A stretch of DNA of 64,000 nucleotides from Escherichia coli (GTDB taxonomy: Bacteria; Pseudomonadota; Gammaproteobacteria; Enterobacterales; Enterobacteriaceae). Shown here in pieces: positions 15,192 to 28,100 of the stretch. The position numbers were made by a program, and so were the translations under genes. The notes below the pieces were generated by a model. It saw only the letters and a list, made by a program, of their open reading frames with translations, was not told the DNA's origin and searched no databases. Where the stretch lies: the NCBI RefSeq assembly GCF_017348835.2, contig NZ_CP071375.1. The stretch is one strand, 5' to 3'. Position 1 is the stretch's first letter; each line of letters opens with the position of its first letter.

Positions 15192-16001
15192 TCAGGATTT
15201 GCTGAGTTTTTCTGATTTTTCCATACACTTCGTCATCGCTTCGATCACTGCAGCACGGAAGCCTTTCTCTTCCAGTACGCGTACCGCTTCAATGGTGGTG
15301 CCTCCCGGTGAGCAGACCATATCTTTCAGTGCCCCCGGATGTTCTCCCGTTTCCAGCACCATTTTTGCGGAACCCATTACTGCCTGAGCGGCAAATTTAT
15401 ACGCCTGGGCGCGTGGCATCCCGCCCAGCACGGCGGCGTCGGCCATCGCTTCGATAAACATAAATACGTAGGCTGGCGAAGAACCGCTCACACCGACCAC
15501 CGGGTGGATCATCGGCTCAGCAATTACTTCCGCTTCGCCAAAGCAGCGGAAAATATTCAGCACATCAGCGGTATCTTCTGGGGTTACCAGCGCGTTTGGC
15601 GTTACGGAGGTCATCCCGGCATTAACCAGCGCGGGAGTGTTCGGCATGGCGCGGATAATTTTCCGGTCATGGCCCAGCGCGCGGGCAAGCTGGTCGAGCG
15701 TGACACCTGCAGCAATAGAAACGACCAGAGAGTCTTTATTCAGGCTGGAGGTGATTTCGCTAAGCACTTTAATCATGATGCCAGGTTTAACGGCAGCAAA
15801 AATGATGTCGGCGATTTGCGCCACTTCTTGCGCCGATTCTGCGGCGTTGATACCGAACTGGTCATGCAGGGCGGCGACTTTATCCGGGGAGGGGGTATAT
15901 ACCCAGATTTGCCCTGGAAGCACCTGACCGCTGGCAATCAGACCGCCGAGAATGGCTTTTCCCATATTGCCGCAGCCAATAAAACCGATTTTCTTTTCCA
16001 T
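15192..16001 (-). CDS. proC: Pyrroline-5-carboxylate reductase
   Basis: Start at [21 protein letters not shown] (269 aa); Rossmann GxGxxG motif. Confidence 0.93.
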   Translation of the reverse strand: MEKKIGFIGCGNMGKAILGGLIASGQVLPGQIWVYTPSPDKVAALHDQFGINAAESAQEVAQIADIIFAAVKPGIMIKVLSEITSSLNKDSLVVSIAAGVTLDQLARALGHDRKIIRAMPNTPALVNAGMTSVTPNALVTPEDTADVLNIFRCFGEAEVIAEPMIHPVVGVSGSSPAYVFMFIEAMADAAVLGGMPRAQAYKFAAQAVMGSAKMVLETGEHPGALKDMVCSPGGTTIEAVRVLEEKGFRAAVIEAMTKCMEKSEKLSKS

Positions 16002-16120
16002 TGCCTCACTCCTGCCGTGAAATTCATTGTTTTGATAATCGCTGGCAGAAGCATAAACAGAACTATGCCGGAAGGCAAAAGCGCGACACAATAGAGGATT
16101 ACCCAACAAAGGATGACTTT

Positions 16121-16579
16121 ATGACAATTTGGGTGGATGCCGACGCGTGTCCCAATGTAATTAAAGAGATTTTGTATCGCGCGGCGGAACGTATGCAGAT
16201 GCCGCTGGTACTGGTAGCAAACCAGAGTTTACGCGTGCCGCCATCGCGATTTATTCGTACGCTGCGCGTCGCGGCAGGTTTCGACGTTGCCGATAACGAA
16301 ATTGTCCGGCAGTGTGAAGCGGGCGATTTGGTGATCACCGCAGATATACCTTTGGCTGCTGAAGCCATCGAGAAAGGCGCTGCGGCGCTTAATCCGCGCG
16401 GTGAACGTTACACGCCAGCGACCATTCGTGAGCGCCTGACGATGCGCGATTTTATGGATACCTTACGTGCCAGTGGGATCCAGACCGGCGGACCAGATAG
16501 CCTTTCACAACGTGACCGCCAGGCCTTTGCCGCGGAGCTGGAGAAGTGGTGGCTGGAAGTGCAACGTAGTCGTGGCTAA
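16121..16579 (+). CDS. yaiI: UPF0178 protein YaiI
   Basis: Start at [18 protein letters not shown] (152 aa), internal Met of the longer ORF. Confidence 0.85.
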   Translation: MTIWVDADACPNVIKEILYRAAERMQMPLVLVANQSLRVPPSRFIRTLRVAAGFDVADNEIVRQCEAGDLVITADIPLAAEAIEKGAAALNPRGERYTPATIRERLTMRDFMDTLRASGIQTGGPDSLSQRDRQAFAAELEKWWLEVQRSRG

Positions 16580-16580
16580 A

Positions 16581-16598
16581 TGTAATTTATTATTTACA
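16581..16598 (+). promoter_or_regulatory. TyrR box upstream of aroL
   Basis: TGTAATTTATTATTTACA fits TGTAAA-N6-TTTACA. Confidence 0.65.
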
Positions 16599-16656
16599 CT
16601 TCATTCTTGAATATTTATTGGTATAGTAAGGGATGTATTGAGATTTTCACTTTAAG

Positions 16657-16674
16657 TGGAATTTTTTCTTTACA
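16657..16674 (+). promoter_or_regulatory. Second (weaker) TyrR box upstream of aroL
   Basis: TGGAATTTTTTCTTTACA; partial match to the TyrR box consensus. Confidence 0.5.
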
Positions 16675-16683
16675 ATCGAAATT

Positions 16684-16692
16684 GTACTAGTT
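16684..16692 (+). promoter_or_regulatory. Candidate TrpR operator core upstream of aroL
   Basis: GTACTAGTT (CTAG core) between the TyrR boxes and the aroL start; aroL is TyrR- and TrpR-regulated. Confidence 0.5.
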
Positions 16693-16761
16693 TGATGGTA
16701 TGATCGCTATTCTCATGACACCGGCTTTCGCCGCATTGCGACCTATTGGGGAAAACCCACG

Positions 16762-17286
16762 ATGACACAACCTCTTTTTCTGATCGGGCCTCGGGGCTGT
16801 GGTAAAACAACGGTCGGAATGGCCCTTGCCGATTCGCTTAACCGTCGGTTTGTCGATACCGATCAGTGGTTGCAATCACAGCTCAATATGACGGTCGCGG
16901 AGATCGTCGAAAGGGAAGAGTGGGCGGGATTTCGCGCCAGAGAAACGGCGGCGCTGGAAGCGGTAACTGCGCCATCCACCGTTATCGCTACAGGCGGCGG
17001 CATTATTCTGACGGAATTTAATCGTCACTTCATGCAAAATAACGGGATCGTGGTTTATTTGTGTGCGCCAGTATCAGTCCTGGTTAACCGACTGCAAGCT
17101 GCACCGGAAGAAGATTTACGGCCAACCTTAACGGGAAAACCGCTGAGCGAAGAAGTTCAGGAAGTGCTGGAAGAACGCGATGCGCTATATCGCGAAGTTG
17201 CGCATATTATCATCGACGCAACAAACGAACCCAGCCAGGTGATTTCTGAAATTCGCAGCGCCCTGGCACAGACGATCAATTGTTGA
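16762..17286 (+). CDS. aroL: Shikimate kinase II
   Basis: 174 aa with Walker [10 protein letters not shown]. Confidence 0.93.
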
Positions 17287-17326
17287 TCTTAGAGCGCCTA
17301 TACTTAACGTTCATCCCGTGAAATAA

Positions 17327-17527
<201 letters not shown>

Positions 17528-17784
17528 CCGCATCAGACTGCTCGGAAGGGATTCTGAGTGCCACTACAAGGGATCTGCGTCACATTTTTCATAATTCATG
17601 TTTTTCAAATAATTAGAATATTAAACAATAACAATCCATTACTGGAATCATTTGGAATCTTTACATTATGCCGTGCACGTCTGCTGCTACGCTTTTTGTC
17701 ATTTGTAGCACAAGTAAGTGTCAGCAGTGGTGCTTAACACTTGCCCGGTAATTAACGACGAAATAAAAGTAAGGTGGAAGAACA

Positions 17785-18462
17785 ATGAGTGCGTCGTTGG
17801 CGATCCTGACCATCGGCATTGTACCTATGCAGGAAGTTTTGCCGCTCCTGACAGAATACATTGACGAAGATAATATTTCCCATCATAGCCTGCTGGGGAA
17901 GTTAAGCCGCGAAGAAGTGATGGCGGAGTACGCGCCAGAAGCAGGCGAAGACACCATTCTCACATTATTAAATGACAACCAGCTGGCCCATGTTTCGCGT
18001 CGCAAAGTAGAGCGTGACCTGCAAGGTGTGGTTGAAGTGCTCGATAATCAGGGCTACGACGTCATTATATTAATGAGTACGGCAAACATTAGTAGTATGA
18101 CTGCGCGTAATACGATCTTTCTTGAGCCGTCGCGGATATTGCCACCGCTGGTTTCCTCTATTGTTGAAGATCATCAGGTGGGGGTTATCGTACCGGTTGA
18201 GGAGTTGCTGACCGTTCAGGCGCAAAAATGGCAAATTTTGCAGAAACCGCCGGTATTTTCATTGGGTAACCCCATTCATGATTCAGAACAAAAAATCATT
18301 GATGCCGGGAAAGAATTACTGGCGAAAGGCGCAGATGTCATCATGCTGGATTGTTTGGGATTTAACCAGCGTCATCGCGATTTACTGCAAAAACAGCTCG
18401 ATGTTCCTGTCTTGCTCTCTAACGTATTGATTGCACGGCTGGCTGCGGAATTACTGGTGTAA
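17785..18462 (+). CDS. aroM: Protein AroM
   Basis: 225-aa ORF in the conserved aroL-yaiA-aroM arrangement. Confidence 0.88.
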   Translation: MSASLAILTIGIVPMQEVLPLLTEYIDEDNISHHSLLGKLSREEVMAEYAPEAGEDTILTLLNDNQLAHVSRRKVERDLQGVVEVLDNQGYDVIILMSTANISSMTARNTIFLEPSRILPPLVSSIVEDHQVGVIVPVEELLTVQAQKWQILQKPPVFSLGNPIHDSEQKIIDAGKELLAKGADVIMLDCLGFNQRHRDLLQKQLDVPVLLSNVLIARLAAELLV

Positions 18463-18533
18463 TTTTGCGTGACAGCCAGCGCCTCTGGCCCCTATAGTGA
18501 AGTAGATGTTCAACTACCAGACAGGGCCAGTTT

Positions 18534-18818
18534 ATGCTTCAAAGTAATGAGTACTTTTCCGGCAAAGTGAAATCGATCGGCTTTTCCAGCAGCAGCACTG
18601 GTCGCGCCAGCGTGGGTGTTATGGTTGAAGGCGAATACACCTTCAGCACCGCTGAGCCGGAAGAGATGACGGTAATCAGTGGCGCGCTGAATGTGTTACT
18701 GCCTGACGCGACCGACTGGCAAGTGTATGAAGCCGGTTCGGTGTTTAATGTTCCCGGTCACAGTGAGTTTCATCTGCAAGTTGCCGAACCCACCTCTTAT
18801 CTGTGCCGCTATCTGTAA
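18534..18818 (+). CDS. ppnP: Pyrimidine/purine nucleoside phosphorylase PpnP (YaiE)
   Basis: 94-aa ORF beginning [17 protein letters not shown]. Confidence 0.88.
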
Positions 18819-18961
18819 TTCCTCGCCTTCCCCTTGAACGGGAGGGCATTTTTCTGAAATATCCTCTCTTTAACCCATAATAATATTTCCTTTGCTGCGA
18901 TTTTTTCAATTTCCGATATATTCATAATTCATCAAGGTTGATATAAATATCATTGAAGATT

Positions 18962-21241
18962 ATGAATAGAATTAATATATTGGTCATCTGTATGGACGTA
19001 TTTTTTATGACTGGCAATGCATGTGCCACAGAGTGGATCAGTAGCGAGGACCTTATCACCTCTGACTTTCATCTTATGACGGCAGATGAGCGCAACGTGG
19101 TTAAAGCGGCAACCGACGATAGTATGGAAGCTGCTTATATGCTAAAAGATAATATCCGCTGGTATTATCATAATGGTGACCTATCATTACCCGCTAACTT
19201 CAGCAATCAAAATAAACTGGTGGTGAACGGTAATTTAACGATTTCCGGCGATTATGATGATTATCTGTCAGGTAATGGTCATCTGATTGTATTAGGTAAT
19301 GTTATTGTCGATAACTTTATTAATCATGATTTCGCGTATGTCAAAGGACAGATGACAGCGAAAGGTTTAGTTTATGCTGATTACAATGATCATAACTTTG
19401 AAGTGATGAAGGGAATTAGTGCGCGAGGCATTATTGTTTCCGATAAAGCAACGCAATTTGAAGTCATTAAAGCTGAATTTTATATCAATGAAGATGGAAG
19501 TGGTGAAGGATATAACTGGGATGAGAATATTCAAAAAGCCTATTCACTGGTGACTGCCGATCTTTATGATCACACTGAAATCGAAACCGATAACATTTCC
19601 AATGCGTATCCTGACTATGATAGCGTCGCAGACAACATCGTTCAGGGTTTACCGCTTTTTCGAGATAAAGCCGCTCCTGAAATTAATGAGAAATTAAAAT
19701 GGATTGAAACGGGGAAACTCGATAATTTCCCAGCGAATAAAATAAAGCATCAAGATCCACTGGTGGCACGTTTTCTGACTCATACAGAGAGTTTATCACC
19801 CGCCGTTATGCTGCAACTGTTACAGCACCCCGATGACCAGACGCGTGAATCGATGGCGCAGTCCTGGCCCGCTCAACAGATGCATTTGCTTACCGATGAA
19901 TTAATTAAAGATGAGGCTGTTGCCAGAGGGCTGGTTAAAAACAGTAATATTTCCGCCGATGTGAATAAAAAATTAATGTCTGTACCCGTCGAGAGCGTAC
20001 AGCTGGAGCAGGCCAGACAGGATAATCTTTCTCCAGATATTGTTGCGTCGTTAAGTCATAGCCCCTTTCTCAGTGTACGCAAGACATTACTCAGCCATTA
20101 CGATTACGCCTGGCTGGTTCCGACTGCAGTGGCCGATGAGTTGATAAATAACGAAGACCCGGAGTTACGTGAAAGAATTACCGGAGCAGATTTAACCGCA
20201 CAACAAGCAGTGATGTTGAGTAAAGATAAATCACTGAAAGTTCGTGAAGCATTAGCCCGGACGCTTACTGAATTAAAAATTACCAAACTGTCAGCAACCC
20301 TGCGTACAGAGGATATTGAACGTATCGCAGAACAAATGTATCTGGATAATAAAGAAAATAAAAATATCGTAAAGGCGTTATTGATAGCGTTGCCGGAGAT
20401 GCGTCAACTGTCTCTGGCAAAAGAAGATGTGCACAATTTGCGCGAAGGTGCGCGTTATCTGACATCGAGGGAAGTGATTAGTTATCTACTGACTCAGCAT
20501 GATATTCCCACCGTCTGGGGTGAGCTGGCACGCGATAAATTATTGCCGCTGGAATATAAGAAACAATTATGGCAACGCACATTAAATTTAATGATGAGCA
20601 AACGGCAAGAAGATCAAGAGCAAGCCTACGAAGTACAGCTGGCGCTGATTGATAATGGTGTTGTTGACGAAGAGATGTTAAATAATGCCATTGATTTACT
20701 GGTTGATTTACCCGCTGAATACCGCTATCGAATGCGTAACCAATTATTTGATAATAAAGATTTATCTTCCGGAATTATCAACAAACTCGATCAACAGTAT
20801 CGCTTCAACTCTGACTGGGCGCTGGCTGTTGTCAGTCTGAAAAATAGCACCCGTAGGCAAAGTGAAAGAGGATTACACCGCTGGAACAGTGAGGATAGCG
20901 ATATTTTTGCGGAACTGGCGACGATAAAAGATAAATCAGATGATGAATGGTGGCGTGCATTGCTGCAAAGTCGCAATGATCATTTGCGCCAAACGGCATT
21001 ACGCAACGCACATACCCCGGCGTCGTTGTTAATGACATTGACTGAGCCTCAGGATCGGTCGCTGGCTATTAATAATCCACAGCTGGCTGCCGATGTGAAA
21101 ACGGCGTGGTTAAAAGAGGATCCATCATTACTCTTATTTGTCGATCAACCCGATCTTTCGCAGTTACGTGATTTAGTGAAAACCGGGGCAACGCGGAAAA
21201 TTCGCAGTGAAGCGCGTCACCGGCTTGAGGAAAAACAATGA
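18962..21241 (+). CDS. Hypothetical large repeat protein (about 759 aa): hydrophobic N-terminus, beta-rich Asn/Gly/Asp region, C-terminal HEAT/LRV-like alpha-helical repeats
   Basis: Long ORF in an AT-rich stretch; ATG at 18962 (ORF track gives TTG at 18953); N-terminus [22 protein letters not shown]; repeated L..L..HPD/SP/DP...R/V...L blocks in the C-terminal two thirds; 4-bp overlap with the next ORF. Confidence 0.8.
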   Translation: MNRINILVICMDVFFMTGNACATEWISSEDLITSDFHLMTADERNVVKAATDDSMEAAYMLKDNIRWYYHNGDLSLPANFSNQNKLVVNGNLTISGDYDDYLSGNGHLIVLGNVIVDNFINHDFAYVKGQMTAKGLVYADYNDHNFEVMKGISARGIIVSDKATQFEVIKAEFYINEDGSGEGYNWDENIQKAYSLVTADLYDHTEIETDNISNAYPDYDSVADNIVQGLPLFRDKAAPEINEKLKWIETGKLDNFPANKIKHQDPLVARFLTHTESLSPAVMLQLLQHPDDQTRESMAQSWPAQQMHLLTDELIKDEAVARGLVKNSNISADVNKKLMSVPVESVQLEQARQDNLSPDIVASLSHSPFLSVRKTLLSHYDYAWLVPTAVADELINNEDPELRERITGADLTAQQAVMLSKDKSLKVREALARTLTELKITKLSATLRTEDIERIAEQMYLDNKENKNIVKALLIALPEMRQLSLAKEDVHNLREGARYLTSREVISYLLTQHDIPTVWGELARDKLLPLEYKKQLWQRTLNLMMSKRQEDQEQAYEVQLALIDNGVVDEEMLNNAIDLLVDLPAEYRYRMRNQLFDNKDLSSGIINKLDQQYRFNSDWALAVVSLKNSTRRQSERGLHRWNSEDSDIFAELATIKDKSDDEWWRALLQSRNDHLRQTALRNAHTPASLLMTLTEPQDRSLAINNPQLAADVKTAWLKEDPSLLLFVDQPDLSQLRDLVKTGATRKIRSEARHRLEEKQ

Positions 21242-21693
21242 CACAACGTCCATGGAGCAAGTTACAGCGGGAGATCTATGACTTACTGACGCCAACGATC
21301 AACCTGCAAATTCACTGTACCCGTTATCCCATGCGCAGCCAAAATGGTGGAAGCACCGATTTACCGCGTTATTGGATCACGTTGGATAAAAACGTGATCT
21401 GGGATTACCCGAAAGACTTTATTGCAGGTAACGGTGGAGTGCGTAATTTTCACGGTGAAACTTGCTGGTATCCTTACCTGACGGATATTTGTTCAATTTC
21501 TGATTTATTGCGTGAATATATTGATACCCCAAAAGCGGAGCTGTTAACAAAACAATTTACCAGCGATAAATGGGGGTTAGTGAATATTCTGCGTGCTGCT
21601 GACAGGCGAATAGGGATGAGGCGATTAGATCAGTTACGGCGTAAAACGCATAATATTGCTGCGCTAAAAATTATTGCCCGCCGTAGCGAATAA
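21238..21693 (+). CDS. Hypothetical 151-aa protein, translationally coupled to the upstream repeat protein
   Basis: ATGA start/stop overlap with the preceding ORF; no signal peptide; followed by a REP element. Confidence 0.7.
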   Translation: MTQRPWSKLQREIYDLLTPTINLQIHCTRYPMRSQNGGSTDLPRYWITLDKNVIWDYPKDFIAGNGGVRNFHGETCWYPYLTDICSISDLLREYIDTPKAELLTKQFTSDKWGLVNILRAADRRIGMRRLDQLRRKTHNIAALKIIARRSE

Positions 21694-21710
21694 TTATATC
21701 CCTGGTGTGG

Positions 21711-21752
21711 CTTCGTACGCCGGATAAGACGCGGCAGGCGTCGCATCCGGCA
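21711..21752. repeat. REP (repetitive extragenic palindrome)-like element
   Basis: GCCGGATAAGACGCGGCAGGCGTCGCATCCGGC-type palindromic unit between convergent genes. Confidence 0.7.
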
Positions 21753-21770
21753 TTAAAGGAAAATCAGCAA

Positions 21771-22682
21771 TTAACGTTGTGCTTCGCCACCTAATCCTTC
21801 AATCAGGTTTTGAATTAACGCTGCCAGTTCACCAGTCATCAGGATGAAATCGGCATCAAAACGCTGGGCGAAATCTTCACGGTCAATATCTTCGTTTTGA
21901 TCGCGCAGCTCGTCGCAGAACTTCAGACGCTTGAGCGAACCATCGTCGCACATCACAAACTGAATGCGCTGCTGCCAGTCGAGCGCCAGTTTAGTCACCA
22001 CTTTTCCGGCTTCAATGTGATTGGTGATTTCTTCGCTGGTCAGATCTTGTTTCTTCGCGCGGATCACTCCGCCATCTTCCAGCAACGATTTCAGCTCGGC
22101 TTCATCAAGCAGCTGGAAGCCCTGTGCCGCACTACCGGAACGTACCCATTCGGTCAGCGTCAGTTCAATCGGGTTTTCCATGCTCAATGGTACAACCGGT
22201 AACGACCCCAGGCTTTTACGCAGCAGTGCCAGCGTATCTTCCGCTTTTTTGGCACTGGCGCAGTCCACCATAATCAAACCGTTAACCGTGTCGATCCACA
22301 TCATTGTCTGGCTAAAACGGCTGAAAGCACGCGGCAACAGAGAGTGCAGCACTTCGTCTTTCAGCGAATCTTTTTCGGTTTTCTTCAGCTTACGCGCCTG
22401 TTCCGCTTCCAGTTTGGCGATTTTCGCTTCCAGCGCCTGTTTAATCACCGGAGACGGTAGGATTTTTTCTTCTTTGCGCGCGCAGATAACAATTTGACCA
22501 TTGGCAACGTGCGTTAACGCATCGCTGTGCGATCCCATCGGAGGAACCCAGCCCATCTTCGCCATGTCCTGGCTGCCGCATGGGGTAAATGCCATCGAGG
22601 CTAGCTGTTTTTCCATCTCTTCTGCACGCAGCGAAATCTCGCGGCTAAGACGGTAAACCATTAAATTTTTGAACCACAGCAT
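21771..22682 (-). CDS. rdgC: Recombination-associated protein RdgC
   Basis: Start at [16 protein letters not shown] (303 aa). Confidence 0.92.
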
Positions 22683-22806
22683 GATAATTTCCACGGCCTT
22701 GTCGTTAAATTTAGCGGGCATGATAACGAATTGTCGGCGGCCTTGCATTGCCAATCCGGTTGTCCGTCTCTACGCTATTGATATTGAAAAAAATAAGGAG
22801 AGTACC

Positions 22807-23715
22807 GTGCGTATAGGTATCGATTTAGGCGGCACCAAAACTGAAGTGATTGCACTGGGCGATGCAGGGGAGCAGTTGTACCGCCATCGTCTGCCCACGC
22901 CGCGTGATGATTACCGGCAGACTATTGAAACGATCGCCACGTTGGTTGATATGGCGGAGCAGGCGACAGGGCAGCGCGGAACGGTAGGTATGGGCATTCC
23001 TGGCTCAATTTCGCCTTACACCGGTGTGGTGAAGAATGCCAATTCAACCTGGCTCAACGGTCAGCCATTCGATAAAGACTTAAGCGCGCGGTTGCAGCGG
23101 GAAGTGCGGCTGGCAAATGACGCCAACTGTCTGGCGGTTTCAGAAGCAGTAGATGGCGCGGCAGCGGGAGCGCAGACGGTATTTGCCGTGATTATCGGCA
23201 CGGGATGCGGCGCGGGCGTGGCATTCAATGGGCGGGCGCATATCGGCGGCAATGGCACGGCAGGTGAGTGGGGACACAATCCGCTACCGTGGATGGACGA
23301 AGACGAACTGCGTTATCGCGAGGAAGTCCCTTGTTATTGCGGTAAACAAGGTTGTATTGAAACCTTTATTTCGGGCACGGGATTCGCGACGGATTATCGT
23401 CGTTTGAGCGGACATGCGCTGAAAGGCAGTGAAATTATCCGCCTGGTTGAAGAAAGCGATCCGGTAGCGGAACTGGCATTGCGTCGCTACGAGCTGCGGC
23501 TGGCAAAATCGCTGGCACATGTCGTGAATATTCTCGATCCGGATGTGATTGTCCTGGGGGGCGGGATGAGCAATGTAGACCGTTTATATCAAACGGTTCC
23601 GCAGTTGATTAAACAATTTGTCTTCGGCGGCGAATGTGAAACGCCGGTGCGTAAGGCGAAGCACGGTGATTCCAGCGGCGTACGCGGCGCTGCGTGGTTA
23701 TGGCCACAAGAGTAA
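22807..23715 (+). CDS. mak: Fructokinase / manno(fructo)kinase (ROK family)
   Basis: GTG start at [14 protein letters not shown] (302 aa); ROK-family Cys motif CYCGKQGC. Confidence 0.9.
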   Translation: MRIGIDLGGTKTEVIALGDAGEQLYRHRLPTPRDDYRQTIETIATLVDMAEQATGQRGTVGMGIPGSISPYTGVVKNANSTWLNGQPFDKDLSARLQREVRLANDANCLAVSEAVDGAAAGAQTVFAVIIGTGCGAGVAFNGRAHIGGNGTAGEWGHNPLPWMDEDELRYREEVPCYCGKQGCIETFISGTGFATDYRRLSGHALKGSEIIRLVEESDPVAELALRRYELRLAKSLAHVVNILDPDVIVLGGGMSNVDRLYQTVPQLIKQFVFGGECETPVRKAKHGDSSGVRGAAWLWPQE

Positions 23716-23734
23716 AAAACCCAGGCAATTGGCG

Positions 23735-23835
23735 CATCATGCCTGATGCGACGCTTGCCGCGTCTTATCAGGCCTACAAAATGTGCCAGAACCGCGTAGG
23801 GCGGATAAGGCGTTCACGCCGCATCCGGCAATAAG
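23735..23835. repeat. REP element cluster (BIME-like)
   Basis: Two inverted REP units (GCCTGATGCGACGC...CTTATCAGGCCTAC and GCGGATAAGGCG...GCCGCATCCGGCA) between mak and araJ. Confidence 0.8.
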
Positions 23836-23857
23836 CAACGCGCACCGTGACAGTAAT

Positions 23858-25042
23858 CTACCCCAGTGGTTTCGCCAGCACCGGACTATCCGCCGCTTGC
23901 TGGCGCTTATAGCGACCATACAGCAACAACGATGACATCGCAGCAAACGAAAGCAGGGCGGCAGGCTGCGCCACGTAATTATATGCCAGCCCCAGCGTCA
24001 GCATCATACCTCCGCAATATGCGCCGACAGCGCTACCGAGGTTAAACGCTATTTGCCCACCTGCGGCACCTAATAACTCTCCGCCTTTGGCATTTTGCAG
24101 TAACAATATTTGCAGAGGTGCTGAAAGGGCAAATAATCCCGCGCAACAAATAAAAGCAAAAATAAGCGACGTTGTTTTCATGCCGCCGCAGAAAAAGAGC
24201 ATCAGCAGTGCCAGTACAATTATAAAGTCAGTCACTGCTGCAATGCGCAGTGGTGAATAACGTCCTGAAATCCTGCCACTTAGCATATTTCCCAGCACCA
24301 TCCCTAGCCCAACTAACATCATAATAAAGGTCATCGCCGTTTCCGAAAAACCGGAAATAAACATCATGTATGGCTTTACGTAGCTGAACCAGGCAAACAC
24401 ACCTGCGTTGCCAAACATGGTGGCGGCGAAAATTAACCACGGGGCCGGGCTGCGCAAAAAGTGAAATTGTTCGCGCAGCTTTCCTTTCGCCTCGTCGCGA
24501 ATATCCGGCACCCAAAAATAGACCGATGCCATCACCGCAATATTAAAAACAGCGATCAATAAAAAGGTGTAACGCCAGCTAAATTCCTGACTTAAATACG
24601 TTCCCAGCGGAATGCCCAGCAAATTGGCGACTGTCATCCCGGAAACCATCCCCGCCACGGCGGCGGTGACTTTTCCGGGTTTGATAATTTTTGATAACAC
24701 GATCGCTCCGACGCCAAAAAATGCGCCATGCGGAAAGCCGGAAACCAGGCGACCAATGGCAAGCATCAGGTAAGACGAAGAGAGCGTGAACATGGCGTTG
24801 CCAATGACGCACAACGCCACCAGAAACAACAAGATATGTTTGAGTGAGTAGCGGCTGGAAAAGAGTGCGATGATTGGCGCACCGACCACCACCCCCAGCG
24901 CATAATACGAGATCATATGCCCGGCAGCAGGAATCGAAATTCCTACGTTATGCGCCAGCTCCGTGAGCACGCCCATAATGCCAAATTCGGCCATCCCCAA
25001 ACCAAACGTGCCCAGAGCCAAAGATAAAATGACTTTTTTCAT
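23858..25042 (-). CDS. araJ: MFS transporter AraJ
   Basis: Start at MKKVILSLALGTFGLG (394 aa); 12-TM MFS-like hydrophobicity. Confidence 0.9.
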   Translation of the reverse strand: MKKVILSLALGTFGLGMAEFGIMGVLTELAHNVGISIPAAGHMISYYALGVVVGAPIIALFSSRYSLKHILLFLVALCVIGNAMFTLSSSYLMLAIGRLVSGFPHGAFFGVGAIVLSKIIKPGKVTAAVAGMVSGMTVANLLGIPLGTYLSQEFSWRYTFLLIAVFNIAVMASVYFWVPDIRDEAKGKLREQFHFLRSPAPWLIFAATMFGNAGVFAWFSYVKPYMMFISGFSETAMTFIMMLVGLGMVLGNMLSGRISGRYSPLRIAAVTDFIIVLALLMLFFCGGMKTTSLIFAFICCAGLFALSAPLQILLLQNAKGGELLGAAGGQIAFNLGSAVGAYCGGMMLTLGLAYNYVAQPAALLSFAAMSSLLLYGRYKRQQAADSPVLAKPLG

Positions 25043-25167
25043 ACCACCATCACAACCACCAGAACGGCTACCAATCACCGTAGCCAATAAAGTGATAGCT
25101 TGCAGGATAACGACCAGCAAGGCCAAGAGATAATTCGCCCCTGTGTATTCATTATCCTGCTGAATAG

Positions 25168-28100
25168 TTATTTCACTGCAAACGTACTTTCCAGTTTGCT
25201 GTAGCCCAGGCCGTTGATCTTTTTCACTTTGATCTGCACCGGAATACGCTCTTTCATCGCTTCTACGTGGCTAATCACACCGATGGTTTTGCCACTGGCG
25301 TTCAGGGCATCCAGCGCATCAAGGGCGGTATCCAGCGTTTCGCTATCCAGCGTGCCAAAACCTTCATCAAGGAACAGCGAGTCAATACGTGTTTTATGGC
25401 TGACCAGATCCGAAAGCGCCAGCGCCAGCGCCAGACTGACGAGGAAACTTTCGCCGCCAGAAAGGGTACGGGTGTCACGTACCGCATCTGCCTGCCAGGT
25501 ATCAACAACCTCGACTTCCAGCGCCTCGCTGGCTTTGCGCTGTAACAGATAGCGCCCGTGCAGTCGGGTAAGTTGCTGATTAGCGAGATGGACTAAATTA
25601 TCCAGCGTCAGCCCCTGCGCAAACTTGCGGAATTTATCGCCCTCTTTGGAACCTATTAGCGAATTCAGATATCCCCAGTCCTCAACCTGCTGCGTCATTT
25701 GAGCAATTTGCTGCATTAAGGTTTGTTGTTGCTGACGGTTATCTGTATCCTGCTTCAGCTGCTGGCGAATCTCGCCTTGACTCGTGGTGTTCTCACGCAA
25801 TTTTTGGTGAGTTTGCGCTAACTCTTGCTGAATCTGCTCCACCGTCACAGTGAGAGCCAACCCGTCAGGTCGGTGTTGCTGATGCTGTGCCAGCGTTTCT
25901 GCTGTCTGAGTGACCAGCGTTTGCGCCTGACGGCGCTGGTTTTCCAGATTCTGCTTGAGCTGTTCCAGCTGCGTTAGTGTTTGTTCATCCACTAGCGTCG
26001 CAAGGAACGCCTGCTGATCGTCAAAGACGCTGGCCTGTAGCGCGGTGTCAAACTGCGCCTGGGCTTTTTGCAGACTTTGCGCCGCCAGAACATCCTGTTG
26101 CTGTAACGTCTGCTGCTGGCTGTGTAATGCGAGACATTGTTCATGAACCTGCCGCCAGTTTTCCAGCGCCACAGTTTCTTCGCTGTGCGGGAGCTCATCA
26201 CTTTGCGGCAACGTTTCCAGAATCGGCGTCAGCTGCTGAATACGGTTTTGCAGCGCGGTTAATTCGTTCTGGCGTTGCTGCCAGCTCTGCGCTTCTTGCT
26301 GACGTGTCGCCAACCAGCTCTCTTCTTCATCTTCCTGTGGCAATGTCAGTGCATAACCCGTCAATGCCGTTAAGAGTTGCTGCTGGCGTTGTTCAATTTG
26401 CTGTTGATACTGGATAATTTGCTGATTATGCGCGGCAATCTGCCCTTGTAATTCATGCCGTTGGCTGAGTAACCGCAGCTGGCGTTCGTGTTCATCTTGT
26501 GCATCTAGCCACGGTTGAATATCGTCCTGTGGCTGCAAGGTGATATTGAGGCTGGCCGTGACGGCTTGCCATTGTTGAGTAAGTGCCTGCTCATCTTGTC
26601 GGAGGCTTTGCGCTTCGTTTTCATCACGCTGAAGCTGCTTTGTTAAGGCGTCCAGTTGCCCACGTAGCGCCGCACCTTCTTCACCGAGCTTTTTAACTTC
26701 GTTTTCCAGCACCAGTAATCGAGACTGATTAACGCCAGGCTCCAGCGCCTGATACGCCTCGACCGCCGGGTGGCTGGTGGAACCACAAAGTGGACAAGGC
26801 TGACCCGCCTGTAACTGTGCACGTTGAGCTTCCAGCGTTTTGATGCGCGCTTCCTGCTCGCAAATGGTTTTGACATCGGCAAGTTGCTGCGTCTTTTCTT
26901 TATAACGCTGGCGCATTTCGTTAAGTGCGGCATTACGTTGCGTCTGTTCCAGAGTGACATTCTGGATAGTGACCATTAACTGCGCCAGACGTTTTTGTTG
27001 GGGAACAATCTGCCCATGCAGCGCGACCAGGCGCTGACGCAGTGGGCGTTGCTCAGCATGTTGCGCCAGGGCGGTAGCAACTTCATCGGCGGTTAACGTC
27101 AACGTGATCGCCGCAAGCGCATTAAGTTTTTGCTCAGCATGGGTTAACTGTTGCTGCCATTGCCGCAGATGCTCGCGATCGCTGGTTTGTTGGGAGAACT
27201 GCGCACGCCAACCCGCCAGTTCGTTGTTCCACTGACGGAAGCGGTCGTGTTCCTGTAACCAGGTATTCAGGCTTTGTTGCTGCTGCTGTAATTCTGCTGA
27301 CTGCTTCGCCGCGTGGTGGCGAATGCTCGCGCGAAGCGCCATTGTGCCCTGTAAGCGAGTATTTACTTCTTCAATCTGCTGGCGAGTATGCGCCAGCGCC
27401 GCGCTGTGTTCTGCGATGCGTTCCCAGTGCGGACGAAGATTTCGTGCCGGTTGTGCCAGACTGAGCGCCGCCAGTTGAGGTTGCGCTTTTTCTTCTTCGG
27501 CTAACGCCTGTTGCAAGGCCTGCTGACGGCGGCTGGCTTCTTGCTGCAATTCGTCCAGACGCGTTAACCAGTTTAGTGATTGTTGTTCTTGCTGCTGCGC
27601 GGTAAGTAACTGTTTTTCTTCGTCAGTAAGTACCTGCAAACTCGCTGTCAGCGATTGCACTTGTTCCGGCGTGAGCAACGCGACGCCGCTGGCCTGCGCT
27701 TGCAGCTTCACCAGCTCAGTGCGGGCCGATTTGTGCTGCTCAAAAACCATCGCCGAGATTTGCCCGTAGATTTCAGTGCCGGTTAACTCCTCGAGCAATT
27801 CCGCGCGTTCTTTGGGTTTGGCATTCAGGAAGGCAGCAAATTGCCCCTGCGAAAGCAGCATCGAACGGGTGAAGCGCCCGTAATCCAGCCCGGTTAACGT
27901 CGCTGTCAGTTCCAGCTTATCTTTCACTTTGTCGGCGAGAATTTTGCCGTCGGCGCAGCGCGCCAGCTCTACGCGTGGCACCTGCAAATTACCGTCGGGT
28001 TGGTTACGCGCCCGATTCTGGCTCCAGAACGCGCGATACGCTTCACCTTTCACTTCAAACTCCACCTCCGCCAGACATTCAGCGGTATCGCGGGTCATGA

